From Spirochaetia bacterium (lineage in GTDB: Bacteria; Spirochaetota; Spirochaetia; CADAEX01): a stretch of DNA of 64,000 nt. Location of the stretch: NCBI GenBank assembly GCA_963662265.2, contig CAXXHA010000015.1:1-64000 (forward strand), written 5' to 3'. Of this stretch, positions 18,415 through 28,899 are shown piece after piece; position 1 is the first letter of the stretch; the number at the start of each line of letters is the position of its first letter. Position numbers and translations under genes: made by a program. The notes below the pieces were generated by a model. It did no database searches. It saw only the letters and a list, made by a program, of their open reading frames with translations, and was not told the DNA's origin.

Positions 18415-21400
18415 ATGGCAGACACACCTCAGACTATTAGTAGTTTAATAACAAAGGGTAAGGAACTGATACTTGATTCAAAACCCTATATAGCAGTTGG
18501 TATGGGAACCTGCGGAGTGGGAAACGGCGCAGATGTCCTGTATGAAACATTTGAAAAAAAGATAAAAGACAAAAAACTCAACATTGGCCTGAAGAAGACA
18601 GGATGTATGGGTTTGTGCGCAGAAGAACCTTTTGTAAATATCTTTGTACCCGGTAAACCTGTACTTGTTCTTAATAAAGTTGATAAAAAATCAGCAGGTA
18701 AAATCATTGATGCGATTGCAAAAGGGGGAGCACCGGAAAAACTTGCTCTCTGTAAAATATCAGAATGGGACCATATAACAGGCAAAATTGAATATGGTGA
18801 AGGTTATAATGCAGTTCCTGAATGGAATGAAATTTCATTCTTTAAAAACCAGACAAAAATAATACTCAGGGATGCGGGAATTCTGAATCCTGAGTCTATT
18901 GAAGAATATGCAGCTGTCGGCGGGTATTCAGCTTATATCGATGCTATTACAGAAAAAACACCTGACAGCATTATTGAAGAAATCAAAGAATCAGGTCTCA
19001 GAGGCCGGGGCGGCGCAGGCTTCCCGACAGGCATCAAATGGGGACTGATGAAAAAAGAGAAAGGAGAGAAAAAATACATTATATGCAACGCCGATGAAGG
19101 AGACCCCGGTGCATATATGAACAGAAATGAAATTGAGAGTGATCCTCACATGCTTCTGGAAGGGATGATGATCGGAGCCTATGCAATGGAAGCAACTGAC
19201 GGAATTATTTACTGCAGAGCTGAGTATCCGCTTGCTGTTGAAAGACTCAAGAAAGCTATAGCAGATGCAGAAGCAGCCGGCCTTCTCGGTAATAATATAC
19301 TGGGAACAGGCTTTTCATTTAATATAACTATAGTAGAGGGTGCGGGAGCATTTGTTTGCGGCGAGGAAACAGCTCTTATATCTTCCACAGAAGGAAAAGC
19401 AGGCCGACCAAGGCAAAGGCCGCCTTTCCCAGCACAGTTCGGTGTTCACGGATACCCGACAAATATCAATAACGTTGAAACCCTCTGCAATATTCCTGTA
19501 ATTATTTCAAGGGGAAGTAAATGGTTCAGAAAAACCGGCACGGAAAAGAGTCCCGGTACAAAAGTTTTCTCTCTGGTCGGTAAAGTAAAAAACACAGGTC
19601 TTGTGGAAATGGCGCTTGGTTCCCCTATTACAACTATTGTCTATGAAATAGGCGGCGGTGCCAGCGGAGATGAAAAGAAAATAAAAGCAATCCAGACAGG
19701 AGGACCGTCAGGCGGATGTATACCTTCCAACCTGTTTGAAACAACTGTAGATTATGAATCTCTTGCAAAGCTTGGTGCAATAATGGGATCAGGCGGTATG
19801 GTTGTAATGGACCAGGACAACTGTATGGTGGATGTTGCAAAGTATTTCCTTGAATTCACAAATTCGGAAAGCTGCGGAAAGTGTACACCATGCCGTGAAG
19901 GACTTGCACAGGAACTTCACCTCTTAAGGAAAATAACAAACGGACAGGGAGATGAGAGTGACCTTGAAGCACTGGCGGATATAGGAAACACAGTCATGGA
20001 CACAGCTCTCTGCGGACTGGGACAGACAGCGCCTAATCCAATCCTTACAACTCTTAAATATTTCAAAAATGAATATGAAGAACATATTCACAATCAGCAC
20101 TGCCAGGGCGGTACATGCGAAGCTCTTTTTGATGCTCTGTGTTCAAATTCCTGTCCAATGCACATGAATATCCCGGCATACCTCACACTTCTCAAGGAAG
20201 ACAGACTTGAGGAAGCTTTTGAATCAACACTCAGAGACAATCCCCTTCCGGGAACAATCGGAAGGATCTGCCACTTCCACTGCCAGATGAGGTGCAGAAG
20301 GGAGACTATTGACGAATCAGTACAGCAGGGTGAAATACACAGATACCTTGCAGATACAATGTATAAAATGGGAAGAGAGAAAGCGATATATCAGTCACTT
20401 ATCGACGAAAAACTTCCCGATACCGGCAAGAAGATTGCAATAATCGGAGCCGGACCTGCAGGTCTTGCTGCAGCATTCTACCTTGTAAGACTGGGTCATA
20501 AAGTAACTATCTATGATTCACATTCTGCCGCTGGTGGAGTTCTTAAATACGGTATACCAGCATACAGACTGCCAAAGGAGATCCTTGAAAAAGAACTGGA
20601 ACTCTTCAAAATGCTTGGAGTCAAATTCGTTTTCAATACTGTTTACGGAAAAGATATTACTAGCAAAAAAATACTCAATGATTACGATGCTCTTTTTGTT
20701 TCCATAGGTTCATATAACCATGTTGAAATGAATATAAACGGAAACGAGCTTAAAGGGGTAATTCAGGGGACTGACCTCCTTGAACAGCTTGAAGAAAAGA
20801 AAATGGTGCCGATGGGTAAAAAAGTTACAATAATCGGAGGCGGAAATGTTGCAATAGATGCGGCAAGGACACTCTGGAGAATAGGTGTGGATGTAACTGT
20901 TGTCTACAGACGTGAAAAAGAAGATATGCCTGCAAACAAGCTTGAAATCAAGGAAGCTATTGAGGAAGGGGTAAAATTCATGTTTATGGCAGCGCCGCTT
21001 AGAATTGTAGGCGACAGCAGAAATGAAGTTGAAGCTCTTGAAGTAATGCAGATGGAAGGAGGCTCTTTCGATATATCAGGAAGAAGACGGCCAGTTGAAA
21101 CCGGTAAATCCTTCATGATTCCATGTGATACTGTTGTAATAGCTATCGGAGAAAGAGCAGACGGAGGACTTCTTGAAAGGGAAGGAATTGTCACAAACAA
21201 AAACGGAACAGCATGTATCAATCCGTATACATTCCAGACAAGCAACCCCGCAGTTTACGCAGCTGGTGATGTGGTAACCGGTCCTTCAACTGCAGCTGAA
21301 GCAATGGGTATGGCAAAGGATGCTGCCGAATCAATCGACCTTGCATTGATGGGAGAAAAGAGATTCCACAAACTGATGAAGGAATTCGTCTTTGAGGACA

Positions 21401-21582
21401 CACCTCCTGAAGATCTCACAGCAAAACCGAAAATTGCAGGCCGTCACCTGCCGGTTGAACAAAGAAAAGGAAATTTCCAGGAAATTAATTTCGGATTCAT
21501 GGGAGACCAGGCAAGACAGGAGGCTATGAGGTGCCTCAGATGCGATATAAGAATAGGCTGCAGCAAAGGAGGTGAAAAATGA
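18415..21582 (+). CDS. Hydrogenase beta subunit (HydB/NuoF-like) fused to a C-terminal GltD-like FAD/NAD(P)H oxidoreductase
   Basis: SGLRGRGGAGFP, CNADEGDPG, GAGAFVCGEETAL, GGPSGG, ESCGKCTPCREG; then CSNSCP, GRICHFHCQMRC, IIGAGPAGL, IIGGGNVAID, VYRR, YAAGD, EAMRCLRC. Confidence 0.92.
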   Translation: MADTPQTISSLITKGKELILDSKPYIAVGMGTCGVGNGADVLYETFEKKIKDKKLNIGLKKTGCMGLCAEEPFVNIFVPGKPVLVLNKVDKKSAGKIIDAIAKGGAPEKLALCKISEWDHITGKIEYGEGYNAVPEWNEISFFKNQTKIILRDAGILNPESIEEYAAVGGYSAYIDAITEKTPDSIIEEIKESGLRGRGGAGFPTGIKWGLMKKEKGEKKYIICNADEGDPGAYMNRNEIESDPHMLLEGMMIGAYAMEATDGIIYCRAEYPLAVERLKKAIADAEAAGLLGNNILGTGFSFNITIVEGAGAFVCGEETALISSTEGKAGRPRQRPPFPAQFGVHGYPTNINNVETLCNIPVIISRGSKWFRKTGTEKSPGTKVFSLVGKVKNTGLVEMALGSPITTIVYEIGGGASGDEKKIKAIQTGGPSGGCIPSNLFETTVDYESLAKLGAIMGSGGMVVMDQDNCMVDVAKYFLEFTNSESCGKCTPCREGLAQELHLLRKITNGQGDESDLEALADIGNTVMDTALCGLGQTAPNPILTTLKYFKNEYEEHIHNQHCQGGTCEALFDALCSNSCPMHMNIPAYLTLLKEDRLEEAFESTLRDNPLPGTIGRICHFHCQMRCRRETIDESVQQGEIHRYLADTMYKMGREKAIYQSLIDEKLPDTGKKIAIIGAGPAGLAAAFYLVRLGHKVTIYDSHSAAGGVLKYGIPAYRLPKEILEKELELFKMLGVKFVFNTVYGKDITSKKILNDYDALFVSIGSYNHVEMNINGNELKGVIQGTDLLEQLEEKKMVPMGKKVTIIGGGNVAIDAARTLWRIGVDVTVVYRREKEDMPANKLEIKEAIEEGVKFMFMAAPLRIVGDSRNEVEALEVMQMEGGSFDISGRRRPVETGKSFMIPCDTVVIAIGERADGGLLEREGIVTNKNGTACINPYTFQTSNPAVYAAGDVVTGPSTAAEAMGMAKDAAESIDLALMGEKRFHKLMKEFVFEDTPPEDLTAKPKIAGRHLPVEQRKGNFQEINFGFMGDQARQEAMRCLRCDIRIGCSKGGEK

Positions 21583-23351
21583 GCACTGAAATGGTCAAAA
21601 TAACGATAAATAACAATACCTATGAAGTAGCTGCCGGCACAACTATTCTTGATGCCTGCAGAACTGCAGGAATTAAAGTACCTTCTCTGTGTTACATGGA
21701 AGATGTTGCCCATAATGCTTCATGCGGTATTTGCTGTGTTGAAGTAAAAGGAGCAAGAACTCTTGTAAGATCCTGTATACACAAGGTTTACGCAGGCATG
21801 GAAGTACTTACAAATTCAAAAAGAGCGCAGAAAGCAAGAAAGACAAACCTGGAACTGCTTCTCGCAAACCACCCGGATGACTGCCTTAACTGCGATAGAA
21901 ACAACAACTGTGAACTTCAGTCACTTGCTTTTGACCTTGGGGTCAGAGAAAATATCTACGCAAGAACAAAGAAGAAAATTCTGCCGCTTGATGTTTCTTC
22001 CCCATCCTTAATCAGGGATCCAAACAAATGTATACTCTGCAGAAGATGCGTGGATGTATGTGATCAGGTACAGGGTGTTAATGCAATCGACGTTACAGGA
22101 AGAGGACTAAACAGCAAAGTCACAACATTCATGGACAAGGGACTCGGCAATGTAGCATGCGTTAACTGCGGTCAGTGCGCAGTAGTATGTCCTACTGGAG
22201 CTATTGTTGAAAAATCATCAGTAGATGAAATCTGGGAAGATATTAACAACCCGGAAATAATAACACTTATTCAGACAGCACCTGCAATAAGGGTTGGAAT
22301 AGGCGAAGCAATGGGAATGGGTTTCGGAGCCCTTGTTACGGGACAGATGGTTGCAGGATTAAGAAGACTGGGATTTGACAAAGTCTTTGATACACAGTTT
22401 ACAGCCGACCTCACAATAATGGAGGAAGGGCATGAACTTATAAAGAGAGTTACAGAAAAGGGGACCCTTCCGATGATAACATCCTGTTCACCGGGATGGA
22501 TAAAATTCATTGAGCATTTTTATCCGGAACAGCTGCCGCATCTCTCAACCTGTAAATCACCTCAGCAGATGTTCGGTGCAGTTGCAAAGACATATTATGC
22601 GGAAAAAGCAGGAATTGATCCTGAAAAAATCAGGGTTGTATCTGTAATGCCGTGTACTGCAAAGAAATACGAAGCCGGAAGGCCGGAAATGTCATCGGCT
22701 CACACATACTGGAAGGAAAAAAAGAAACTTAAGGATAAAACAGTATTTGCAGATGTAGACTATGCAATAACAACAAGAGAACTTGCAAGAATGTTCAAGG
22801 AGGCCGGTGTTGATTTTGCCTCCCTTCCGAATGAAGATTTTGACAATCCTCTGGGAGAATCAACAGGAGCAGCTGTAATCTTTGCTGCCACAGGAGGTGT
22901 TATGGAAGCAGCCTTAAGAACAGCTTACGAGGTGATATCCGGAAAAACCCTTGAAAATGTCGAGTTCCATGCTGTAAGAGGGATGGAAGGAATCAAGGAA
23001 GCTGAAGTTGATATTGACGGACTTGTAGTAAAAGTAGCTGTTGCCCACACACTGAGCAATGCAAGAATACTTCTTGAGCAGATAAAGGATGGGACTTCAC
23101 CTTATGCATTCATCGAAGTGATGGCCTGTCCGGGAGGATGTCTCGGAGGCGGCGGCCAGCCTATACCTACAACCTGGGAAATCAGGAAAAAACGTGCAGA
23201 ATCAATATATCAGGAAGATATCAATCTGGGGACAAGGAAATCCCACGAAAATCCTGATATTGCAATGATTTATGAAGAATTTCTCAAGGAACCGCTTGGA
23301 CATCATTCACACCAGCTGCTTCACACCCATTATACAGAAAGGGTTCTATAA
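21579..23351 (+). CDS. hydA: [FeFe]-hydrogenase group A catalytic subunit
   Basis: H-cluster motifs TSCSPGW, MPCTAKKYE, EVMACPGGCLGGGGQP; N-terminal 2Fe-2S, His-ligated 4Fe-4S and 2x4Fe-4S; ATGA overlap with the beta subunit. Confidence 0.97.
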   Translation: MSTEMVKITINNNTYEVAAGTTILDACRTAGIKVPSLCYMEDVAHNASCGICCVEVKGARTLVRSCIHKVYAGMEVLTNSKRAQKARKTNLELLLANHPDDCLNCDRNNNCELQSLAFDLGVRENIYARTKKKILPLDVSSPSLIRDPNKCILCRRCVDVCDQVQGVNAIDVTGRGLNSKVTTFMDKGLGNVACVNCGQCAVVCPTGAIVEKSSVDEIWEDINNPEIITLIQTAPAIRVGIGEAMGMGFGALVTGQMVAGLRRLGFDKVFDTQFTADLTIMEEGHELIKRVTEKGTLPMITSCSPGWIKFIEHFYPEQLPHLSTCKSPQQMFGAVAKTYYAEKAGIDPEKIRVVSVMPCTAKKYEAGRPEMSSAHTYWKEKKKLKDKTVFADVDYAITTRELARMFKEAGVDFASLPNEDFDNPLGESTGAAVIFAATGGVMEAALRTAYEVISGKTLENVEFHAVRGMEGIKEAEVDIDGLVVKVAVAHTLSNARILLEQIKDGTSPYAFIEVMACPGGCLGGGGQPIPTTWEIRKKRAESIYQEDINLGTRKSHENPDIAMIYEEFLKEPLGHHSHQLLHTHYTERVL

Positions 23352-23424
23352 TATTCAGCATTATTATCTTTGAAACACCTGACTACTGTTCTGCAGTATT
23401 CAGATGAAATATTTAAAAGTTATT

Positions 23425-23456
23425 GAACTGCCCCTTTCCAGGGGCAGTTCTTTTTT
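23425..23456 (+). terminator. Rho-independent terminator after the hydrogenase operon
   Basis: GAACTGCCCCT-TTCC-AGGGGCAGTTC followed by T6. Confidence 0.88.
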
Positions 23457-23540
23457 GAAAAAACATATAAATGATGTGTGTTCTTAATAACATATTTTTA
23501 TCTTTGTTAAATCATTAAATTAAATTATACTTAAGGCCAT

Positions 23541-25754
23541 ATGGAACTGTTTTCTTTATCTCAGAACAGCGAATCAACTCCGTTGGCCGCAAGGATGCGC
23601 CCTGAAACTCTTGATGATTTTATAGGGCAGGAACATATAGTCGGAAAAGGAAGACTCTTAAGAAGAGCAATACAGGCTGACCAGCTCTCATCAGTAATAT
23701 TTTACGGCCCTCCCGGAACTGGTAAAACAACACTTGCAAGAATTATTGCAAACACGACAAAAAGCTCGTTTATCACTATCAATGCAGTACTCTCTGGTGT
23801 CAAGGAAATCAGGGAAGCGATTATTGCAGCCAAGAAGAAACTGGAACTTTATCAGCAGAAGACTATTCTGTTTGTAGATGAAGTCCACAGATGGAACAAG
23901 GCACAGCAGGACGCTCTTCTTCCATGGGTGGAAAACGGTACATTCATACTGATCGGGGCAACAACAGAGAATCCTTTCTTTGAAGTTAACTCAGCACTTG
24001 TAAGCCGGAGCAGGATATTTCAGCTGCTCCCTCTTTCAGAAGCGGAACTTCTGAAAGCAGCTAAAATGACACTGGAAGACAGGGAAAGAGGATACGGTAA
24101 ATATAACATAGAATTTGAAGAAGGCGCCCTTGAACACATAGCAGAAATTGCCAACGGCGATGCAAGAAGCCTTCTCAATGCACTAGAACTTTCAGTAGAA
24201 ACAACACCTGAAAAATTCCCCCCCCCTGAGGGAGAAAAAATATTCATATCAATAGAGACTGCCGAAGAAAGCATACAGAAAAAAGCAGTTCTTTATGACA
24301 AGGAGGGGGATTACCACTACGACACAATAAGTGCGTTTATAAAATCAATAAGAGGATCAGATCCTGATGCGGCGCTGTACTGGATGGCAAGAATGATTGA
24401 CGCGGGGGAAGATCCCAAATTTCTATTCAGGAGGATGCTGATCTCTGCAGCTGAAGATATCGGGATGGCTGATCCCAACGCTCTTCCTTTGGTAAATTCC
24501 GCAGCACAGGCATTTGAAAGAATTGGAATGCCTGAGGGGAATTTCTTCCTGTCTCAGGCAGCTATCTATCTTGCAACTGCCAAAAAATCAAATACAACTC
24601 TTGCTTTCTTTGATGCTCTTCAGTCAGTGAGAAACGAGAAAAACGGGGAAGTTCCCGATGACCTGAAAGATGCTTCACGCGACAAGCACAGTTTCGGACA
24701 CGGGCAGGGGTACCTCTATCCACATGCATACAAAGACCACTGGGTTGCCCAGCAGTACCTTCCCGACACCCTGAAAGGACGGGTATTTTACCAGCCTGGT
24801 GAAACAGGTTATGAAAAAGAGATAAAATCAGATATTGAAAGAAAAAGAGAAGTCCAGCTTGAAGCCCATCTTGAGCGGGGAGATGACAGCCAGATTCTCA
24901 CTTTCACCCCTCCGGATAAAAGAAAGGATGAATGGCTAAAAAGAACAGCAGATAACAGAAACCTGATACTGACATCAATAAGAGACAGGATTTTCAGAAA
25001 AAGCCTGATAAACAGGCACGGAAGAGTGCTTGTTGCGGGAAAAGACAGGGGGCTCCTCCTGTGGGAGGCACTCAGAAAAGCACCTGAGGGGGGCGTATGG
25101 ACAGTAATCAGCGATAAGGAGGAGGTAGACTTCATAAACAGCTACCCCACCCCTCTACCGGATATGGAAAAACCAATTATAATTCCAGGAAGTATAGAAA
25201 CACTTTCTACTGATGACAGCAACATTGTCCCCTTTGATACAATAGTAGGAAGAAATATCATCAGAACAGGTTCCGATGCGGAATATATATTCAGAAGCAT
25301 TTATTCTCTTCTCGACAGAAACGGAATGTTCTCAATTGCAGATGTACTCCCTTCAAGAGCAACAAGGCTTTCCGAACTGATAAATACAAAATCTCTTACA
25401 GGGGAAGATGCAGAAACTATCAGAACAGCTGAAAACACGATTTATGAAAAAAACAGGAAACATGGCCTTCTTGAAAGCAATGATGTTTTTAAAATGCTGG
25501 AAAAGACCGGTTTTTCAGAAACAGGGCTCAAGGAAAAGGAATATACAGAAAACAGAATCATAACATCAAAAAATATAGAACGGTGGCTCGACCTGGAAGA
25601 TACAGGCAGTTACGGTTCACAAATAAAAAAACTTATTCCGGAAGAATTATACAGCAGGATTGCAGATATATTTTATCATGAACTTGCAGACAGGGAAGTA
25701 AAATGGAGAACAGTCTACCTCTTTCTTTGGGGTTTTAAAAAGATGAGTTCTTGA
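23541..25754 (+). CDS. rarA: Replication-associated recombination protein A (RarA/MgsA) with a long C-terminal extension
   Basis: PLAARMRP, GPPGTGKTT, DEVHR, GATTENP, SAFIKSIRGSDPDAA, GYLYPH; about 290 extra C-terminal residues. Confidence 0.9.
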   Translation: MELFSLSQNSESTPLAARMRPETLDDFIGQEHIVGKGRLLRRAIQADQLSSVIFYGPPGTGKTTLARIIANTTKSSFITINAVLSGVKEIREAIIAAKKKLELYQQKTILFVDEVHRWNKAQQDALLPWVENGTFILIGATTENPFFEVNSALVSRSRIFQLLPLSEAELLKAAKMTLEDRERGYGKYNIEFEEGALEHIAEIANGDARSLLNALELSVETTPEKFPPPEGEKIFISIETAEESIQKKAVLYDKEGDYHYDTISAFIKSIRGSDPDAALYWMARMIDAGEDPKFLFRRMLISAAEDIGMADPNALPLVNSAAQAFERIGMPEGNFFLSQAAIYLATAKKSNTTLAFFDALQSVRNEKNGEVPDDLKDASRDKHSFGHGQGYLYPHAYKDHWVAQQYLPDTLKGRVFYQPGETGYEKEIKSDIERKREVQLEAHLERGDDSQILTFTPPDKRKDEWLKRTADNRNLILTSIRDRIFRKSLINRHGRVLVAGKDRGLLLWEALRKAPEGGVWTVISDKEEVDFINSYPTPLPDMEKPIIIPGSIETLSTDDSNIVPFDTIVGRNIIRTGSDAEYIFRSIYSLLDRNGMFSIADVLPSRATRLSELINTKSLTGEDAETIRTAENTIYEKNRKHGLLESNDVFKMLEKTGFSETGLKEKEYTENRIITSKNIERWLDLEDTGSYGSQIKKLIPEELYSRIADIFYHELADREVKWRTVYLFLWGFKKMSS

Positions 25755-25828
25755 CAAATATTATGATTTACTACATATTACTATTACTCACGGAACAGGA
25801 GTTTTAAGCATTCAGGTTCTGTATTCAT

Positions 25829-25901
25829 GGTGGATATAGTTCAATGGTAGAGCACCAGATTGTGGTTCTGGTTGTTGCGGGTTCGAGTCCCGTTATCCAC
25901 C
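25829..25901 (+). tRNA. tRNA-His(GTG), including G-1
   Basis: GGTGGATA/TATCCACC with G-1:C73; anticodon arm CCAGA-TTGTGGT-TCTGG. Confidence 0.96.
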
Positions 25902-25911
25902 CTTTACTAAT

Positions 25912-25985
<74 letters not shown>

Positions 25986-26010
25986 AAAACATCCAGTTTT
26001 CATTTTCAGA

Positions 26011-26147
26011 CAGGATTCGATACGGAACTGTCGCCGAGCGATAGCGAGGAAAAGTGTAGAGGATGTTCACGCCAGACAGTGAAGTCGGCCTGTAATGAGA
26101 TGACACGATGTCATCGATTGAAAGGCGAATCCTGCCGGGCGTAAAAA
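26011..26147 (+). mobile_element. tRNA-associated miniature structured element plus a 22-bp duplication of the tRNA-Arg 3' end
   Basis: CAGGATTCGA (antisense of the T-arm) at 26011; hairpins homologous to 7021-7138; CGAATCCTGCCGGGCGTAAAAA at both 25968-25989 and 26126-26147. Mobility is inferred. Confidence 0.6.
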
Positions 26148-26295
26148 ATCAGGCATTACTTTTTTCAAGTCCCAATACTTGAAACAACTGCAAATAATGC
26201 TTGTTTTAATCACTCCATGACAGATATCCTGTCGGGGGTACAACTTGAAAATTATTATATTTTGTATTAAAACAGGATAATAATTTTTCAATATT

Positions 26296-26368
26296 GGGCC
26301 GTTAGCTCAGCTGGGAGAGCAGCAGACTCTTAATCTGCGGGTCGAAGGTTCGAACCCTTCACGGCTCA
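26296..26368 (+). tRNA. tRNA-Lys(CTT)
   Basis: Anticodon arm GCAGA-CTCTTAA-TCTGC, GGTTCGAACCC. Confidence 0.96.
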
Positions 26369-26416
26369 CTTTATTTTTGGAAAGTTATTGACTAACTTTT
26401 TGAAATAATATACATT

Positions 26417-26498
26417 GCGAGAGTGGTGAAATTGGCAGACACGCCAGACTTAGGATCTGGTGCCGCAAGGCGTAAGGGTTCAAGTCCCTTCTCTCGCA
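26417..26498 (+). tRNA. tRNA-Leu(TAG)
   Basis: GCGAGAG/CTCTCGC, anticodon arm CCAGA-CTTAGGA-TCTGG, variable arm GCCGCAAGGC. Confidence 0.96.
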
Positions 26499-26530
26499 TT
26501 AGCAGAGAAGAACACTGCAAATTAAAACCA

Positions 26531-26602
26531 GCGGGAGTAGCTCAGTGGTAGAGCTCCACCTTGCCAAGGTGGATGTCGCGAGTTCAAATCTCGTCTCCCG
26601 CT
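26531..26602 (+). tRNA. tRNA-Gly(GCC)
   Basis: GCGGGAG/CTCCCGC, anticodon arm CCACC-TTGCCAA-GGTGG, U73. Confidence 0.96.
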
Positions 26603-26606
26603 CATT

Positions 26607-26636
26607 AAAAGCGATCCAAAACGGATCGCTTTTTTT
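26607..26636 (+). terminator. Rho-independent terminator after the tRNA cluster
   Basis: AAAAGCGATCC-AAAAC-GGATCGCTTTT followed by a T run. Confidence 0.88.
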
Positions 26637-26920
26637 ATATTAAAATTGCCTTTTTTTTGAAGTATAACTGCAGATTATGGTATATACAAAAAATAAAGGT
26701 TTTGGTATTGTAAAGCCTGTTCATTGTTAGTTTTGTTAAAACATTTTTAGGGATTTGTTTTATGACTGCAGATTAATTTCAATAATCTGTCATATGATCA
26801 TGCTGTAATCAAATCCCATACAGGGCACCTGTCACCATGTATATAATTATTTTTTCCTCTGACAGGAAAATGCATAGTTTTCAAGGGTGCCGATAAATCA
26901 AATATCTAAAGAGGAAAACC

Positions 26921-28279
26921 GTGGTTGCTAACAAAGAGATTAAATCACTCGAAAACTCAATAGTAGAATTAACTGTAACTATTGAAAAAGACGCTGTAAA
27001 AAAAGAATATGACGAACTTCTGAAAAAATACTCAAAAACAGCGCATATCAAAGGCTTCAGAAAGGGTAAAGTTCCGGCAGCAGTACTTGAAAGAAAATAC
27101 GGAGAAGGACTTGTAACAGAATCAGGATTCAACCTGATTGAAAAAAGCCTTGATGAAGTTTTAAAAGATGTTGAAAAGAAGCCTCTTCCATACTCACAGC
27201 CTGCACTGAAAGATGAAGAAAACCTTAAAATTTCACTTGATGAAGACCTTGTCTATACAGTTTCATATGAAACCTTCCCTGAAGTAAAACTCGGCGAATA
27301 CAAGGGCTTTGATATCGAAATTCCTGAAGTAAAACTTGCCGCAGAAGATGAAAAAAGAGAACTCAAACGATACCAGGACCAGAACGCTGTTGTCAGCGAA
27401 AAAAGAGGCGGAAAAGTTGCCAAAGACAATGTTGTCACAATCAACTATGCAGAACTTGATGAAAATGACAATGTAATTGAAGATACAAAACGGGAAGACT
27501 TTACTTTCACAGTTGGAACAGGTTACAACTACTACAAACTTGATGACGATATAATCGGCATGAAGAAAGAAGAAGAAAAAGTAATCGAAAAAGAATTTGC
27601 CGATGATTTCGAATACAAAGAACTTGCAGGCAAAAAAATAAAACTCCAGGTAACAGTAACATCTGTAAAATCAAAGAAACTTCCCGATCTTGATGATGAA
27701 CTTGCACAGGATATCAGTGAAAAATACAAAACTCTTGATGACCTGAAAAAAGATATCAAGGAAAGACAGGAAGGAATGATTGAAAACAAGCTCAAAGCTG
27801 TTAAACAGGAAAAAATGCTTGAAAAAATCATAGAAAACAGCGAAGTAGATCCTCCTGCTGCAATGATCAATGCGGAACTCGACAACCAGTGGAATAACTT
27901 CCTCTACCAGTTCGGCGGAGATGAAAACAAAGTACTTGAAATCCTTACAATGCAGAACAAGACAAAAGAGGACATGCTTGCTGAATGGAGACCTTTCGCT
28001 GAAAAAACTGTAAAAGGACAGCTCCTTATCAGCAAAATCGGGGAAGAGGAAAAAGTCGAAGCTACAGATGAAGAACTTGAAGAAGAAATCAAGTCTCAGT
28101 CTGCACAGAGCGGCATGAGCGAGGAAGACTTCAGAAACTACATAGAACAGAATCAGATGAAAGAATATGTAAGACTCAGCCTCAAAGAGAGAAAAACTTA
28201 CGACTTACTCATGGAAAACTGCAAGTTTAAGAAAGGGGAAAAAATAAAATTCCTTGATTTTATTCAGACAAACTATTAA
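26921..28279 (+). CDS. tig: Trigger factor
   Basis: GFRKGKVP ribosome-binding motif, FKBP-like centre, LPDLDDELA; upstream of clpP-clpX. Confidence 0.96.
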   Translation: MVANKEIKSLENSIVELTVTIEKDAVKKEYDELLKKYSKTAHIKGFRKGKVPAAVLERKYGEGLVTESGFNLIEKSLDEVLKDVEKKPLPYSQPALKDEENLKISLDEDLVYTVSYETFPEVKLGEYKGFDIEIPEVKLAAEDEKRELKRYQDQNAVVSEKRGGKVAKDNVVTINYAELDENDNVIEDTKREDFTFTVGTGYNYYKLDDDIIGMKKEEEKVIEKEFADDFEYKELAGKKIKLQVTVTSVKSKKLPDLDDELAQDISEKYKTLDDLKKDIKERQEGMIENKLKAVKQEKMLEKIIENSEVDPPAAMINAELDNQWNNFLYQFGGDENKVLEILTMQNKTKEDMLAEWRPFAEKTVKGQLLISKIGEEEKVEATDEELEEEIKSQSAQSGMSEEDFRNYIEQNQMKEYVRLSLKERKTYDLLMENCKFKKGEKIKFLDFIQTNY

Positions 28280-28288
28280 TTTACTTAC

Positions 28289-28894
28289 ATGAGATATATG
28301 AATGAACAAATGAACAGCCTTGTACCGGTCGTAATTGAACAGACCGGTATCGGCGAAAGATCCTACGATATTTATTCCAGACTTCTCAAGGACAGAATAG
28401 TCTTCCTTGACGGTGAAATAAATGATATCACTGCTGATCTTGTTGTTGCACAGCTTCTGTTTCTTGAATCACAGGATCCACAGAGAGACATTAGCCTTTA
28501 TATTAACTCCCCCGGCGGTTCTGTTACTGCCGGGCTTGCTATCTATGACACTATCCAGTATATAAAACCGGATGTTCAGACAATCTGCATGGGCCAGGCA
28601 GCATCAATGGGCGCACTTCTTCTTACATGCGGAGCGGAAGGGAAAAGACACAGTCTTCCTTCAAGCAGGATACTTATTCACCAGCCATGGGGCGGTGCGC
28701 AGGGCCAGGCAAAGGATATCAACATCCAGGCAAAGGAAATTATACGTCTTAAAAATCTCACAATAGATTATTTTGCAAAACACACAGGTAAACCGAGAAA
28801 AACAATTGCAAAAGATCTGGAAAGAGATTTTTTCATGTCTGCAGAAGAAGGGAAAAATTACGGTCTTATAGACAATATACTGATCAGAGGTTAA
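28289..28894 (+). CDS. clpP: ATP-dependent Clp protease proteolytic subunit
   Basis: [35 protein letters not shown]. Confidence 0.98.
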   Translation: MRYMNEQMNSLVPVVIEQTGIGERSYDIYSRLLKDRIVFLDGEINDITADLVVAQLLFLESQDPQRDISLYINSPGGSVTAGLAIYDTIQYIKPDVQTICMGQAASMGALLLTCGAEGKRHSLPSSRILIHQPWGGAQGQAKDINIQAKEIIRLKNLTIDYFAKHTGKPRKTIAKDLERDFFMSAEEGKNYGLIDNILIRG

Positions 28895-28899
28895 ACTTC

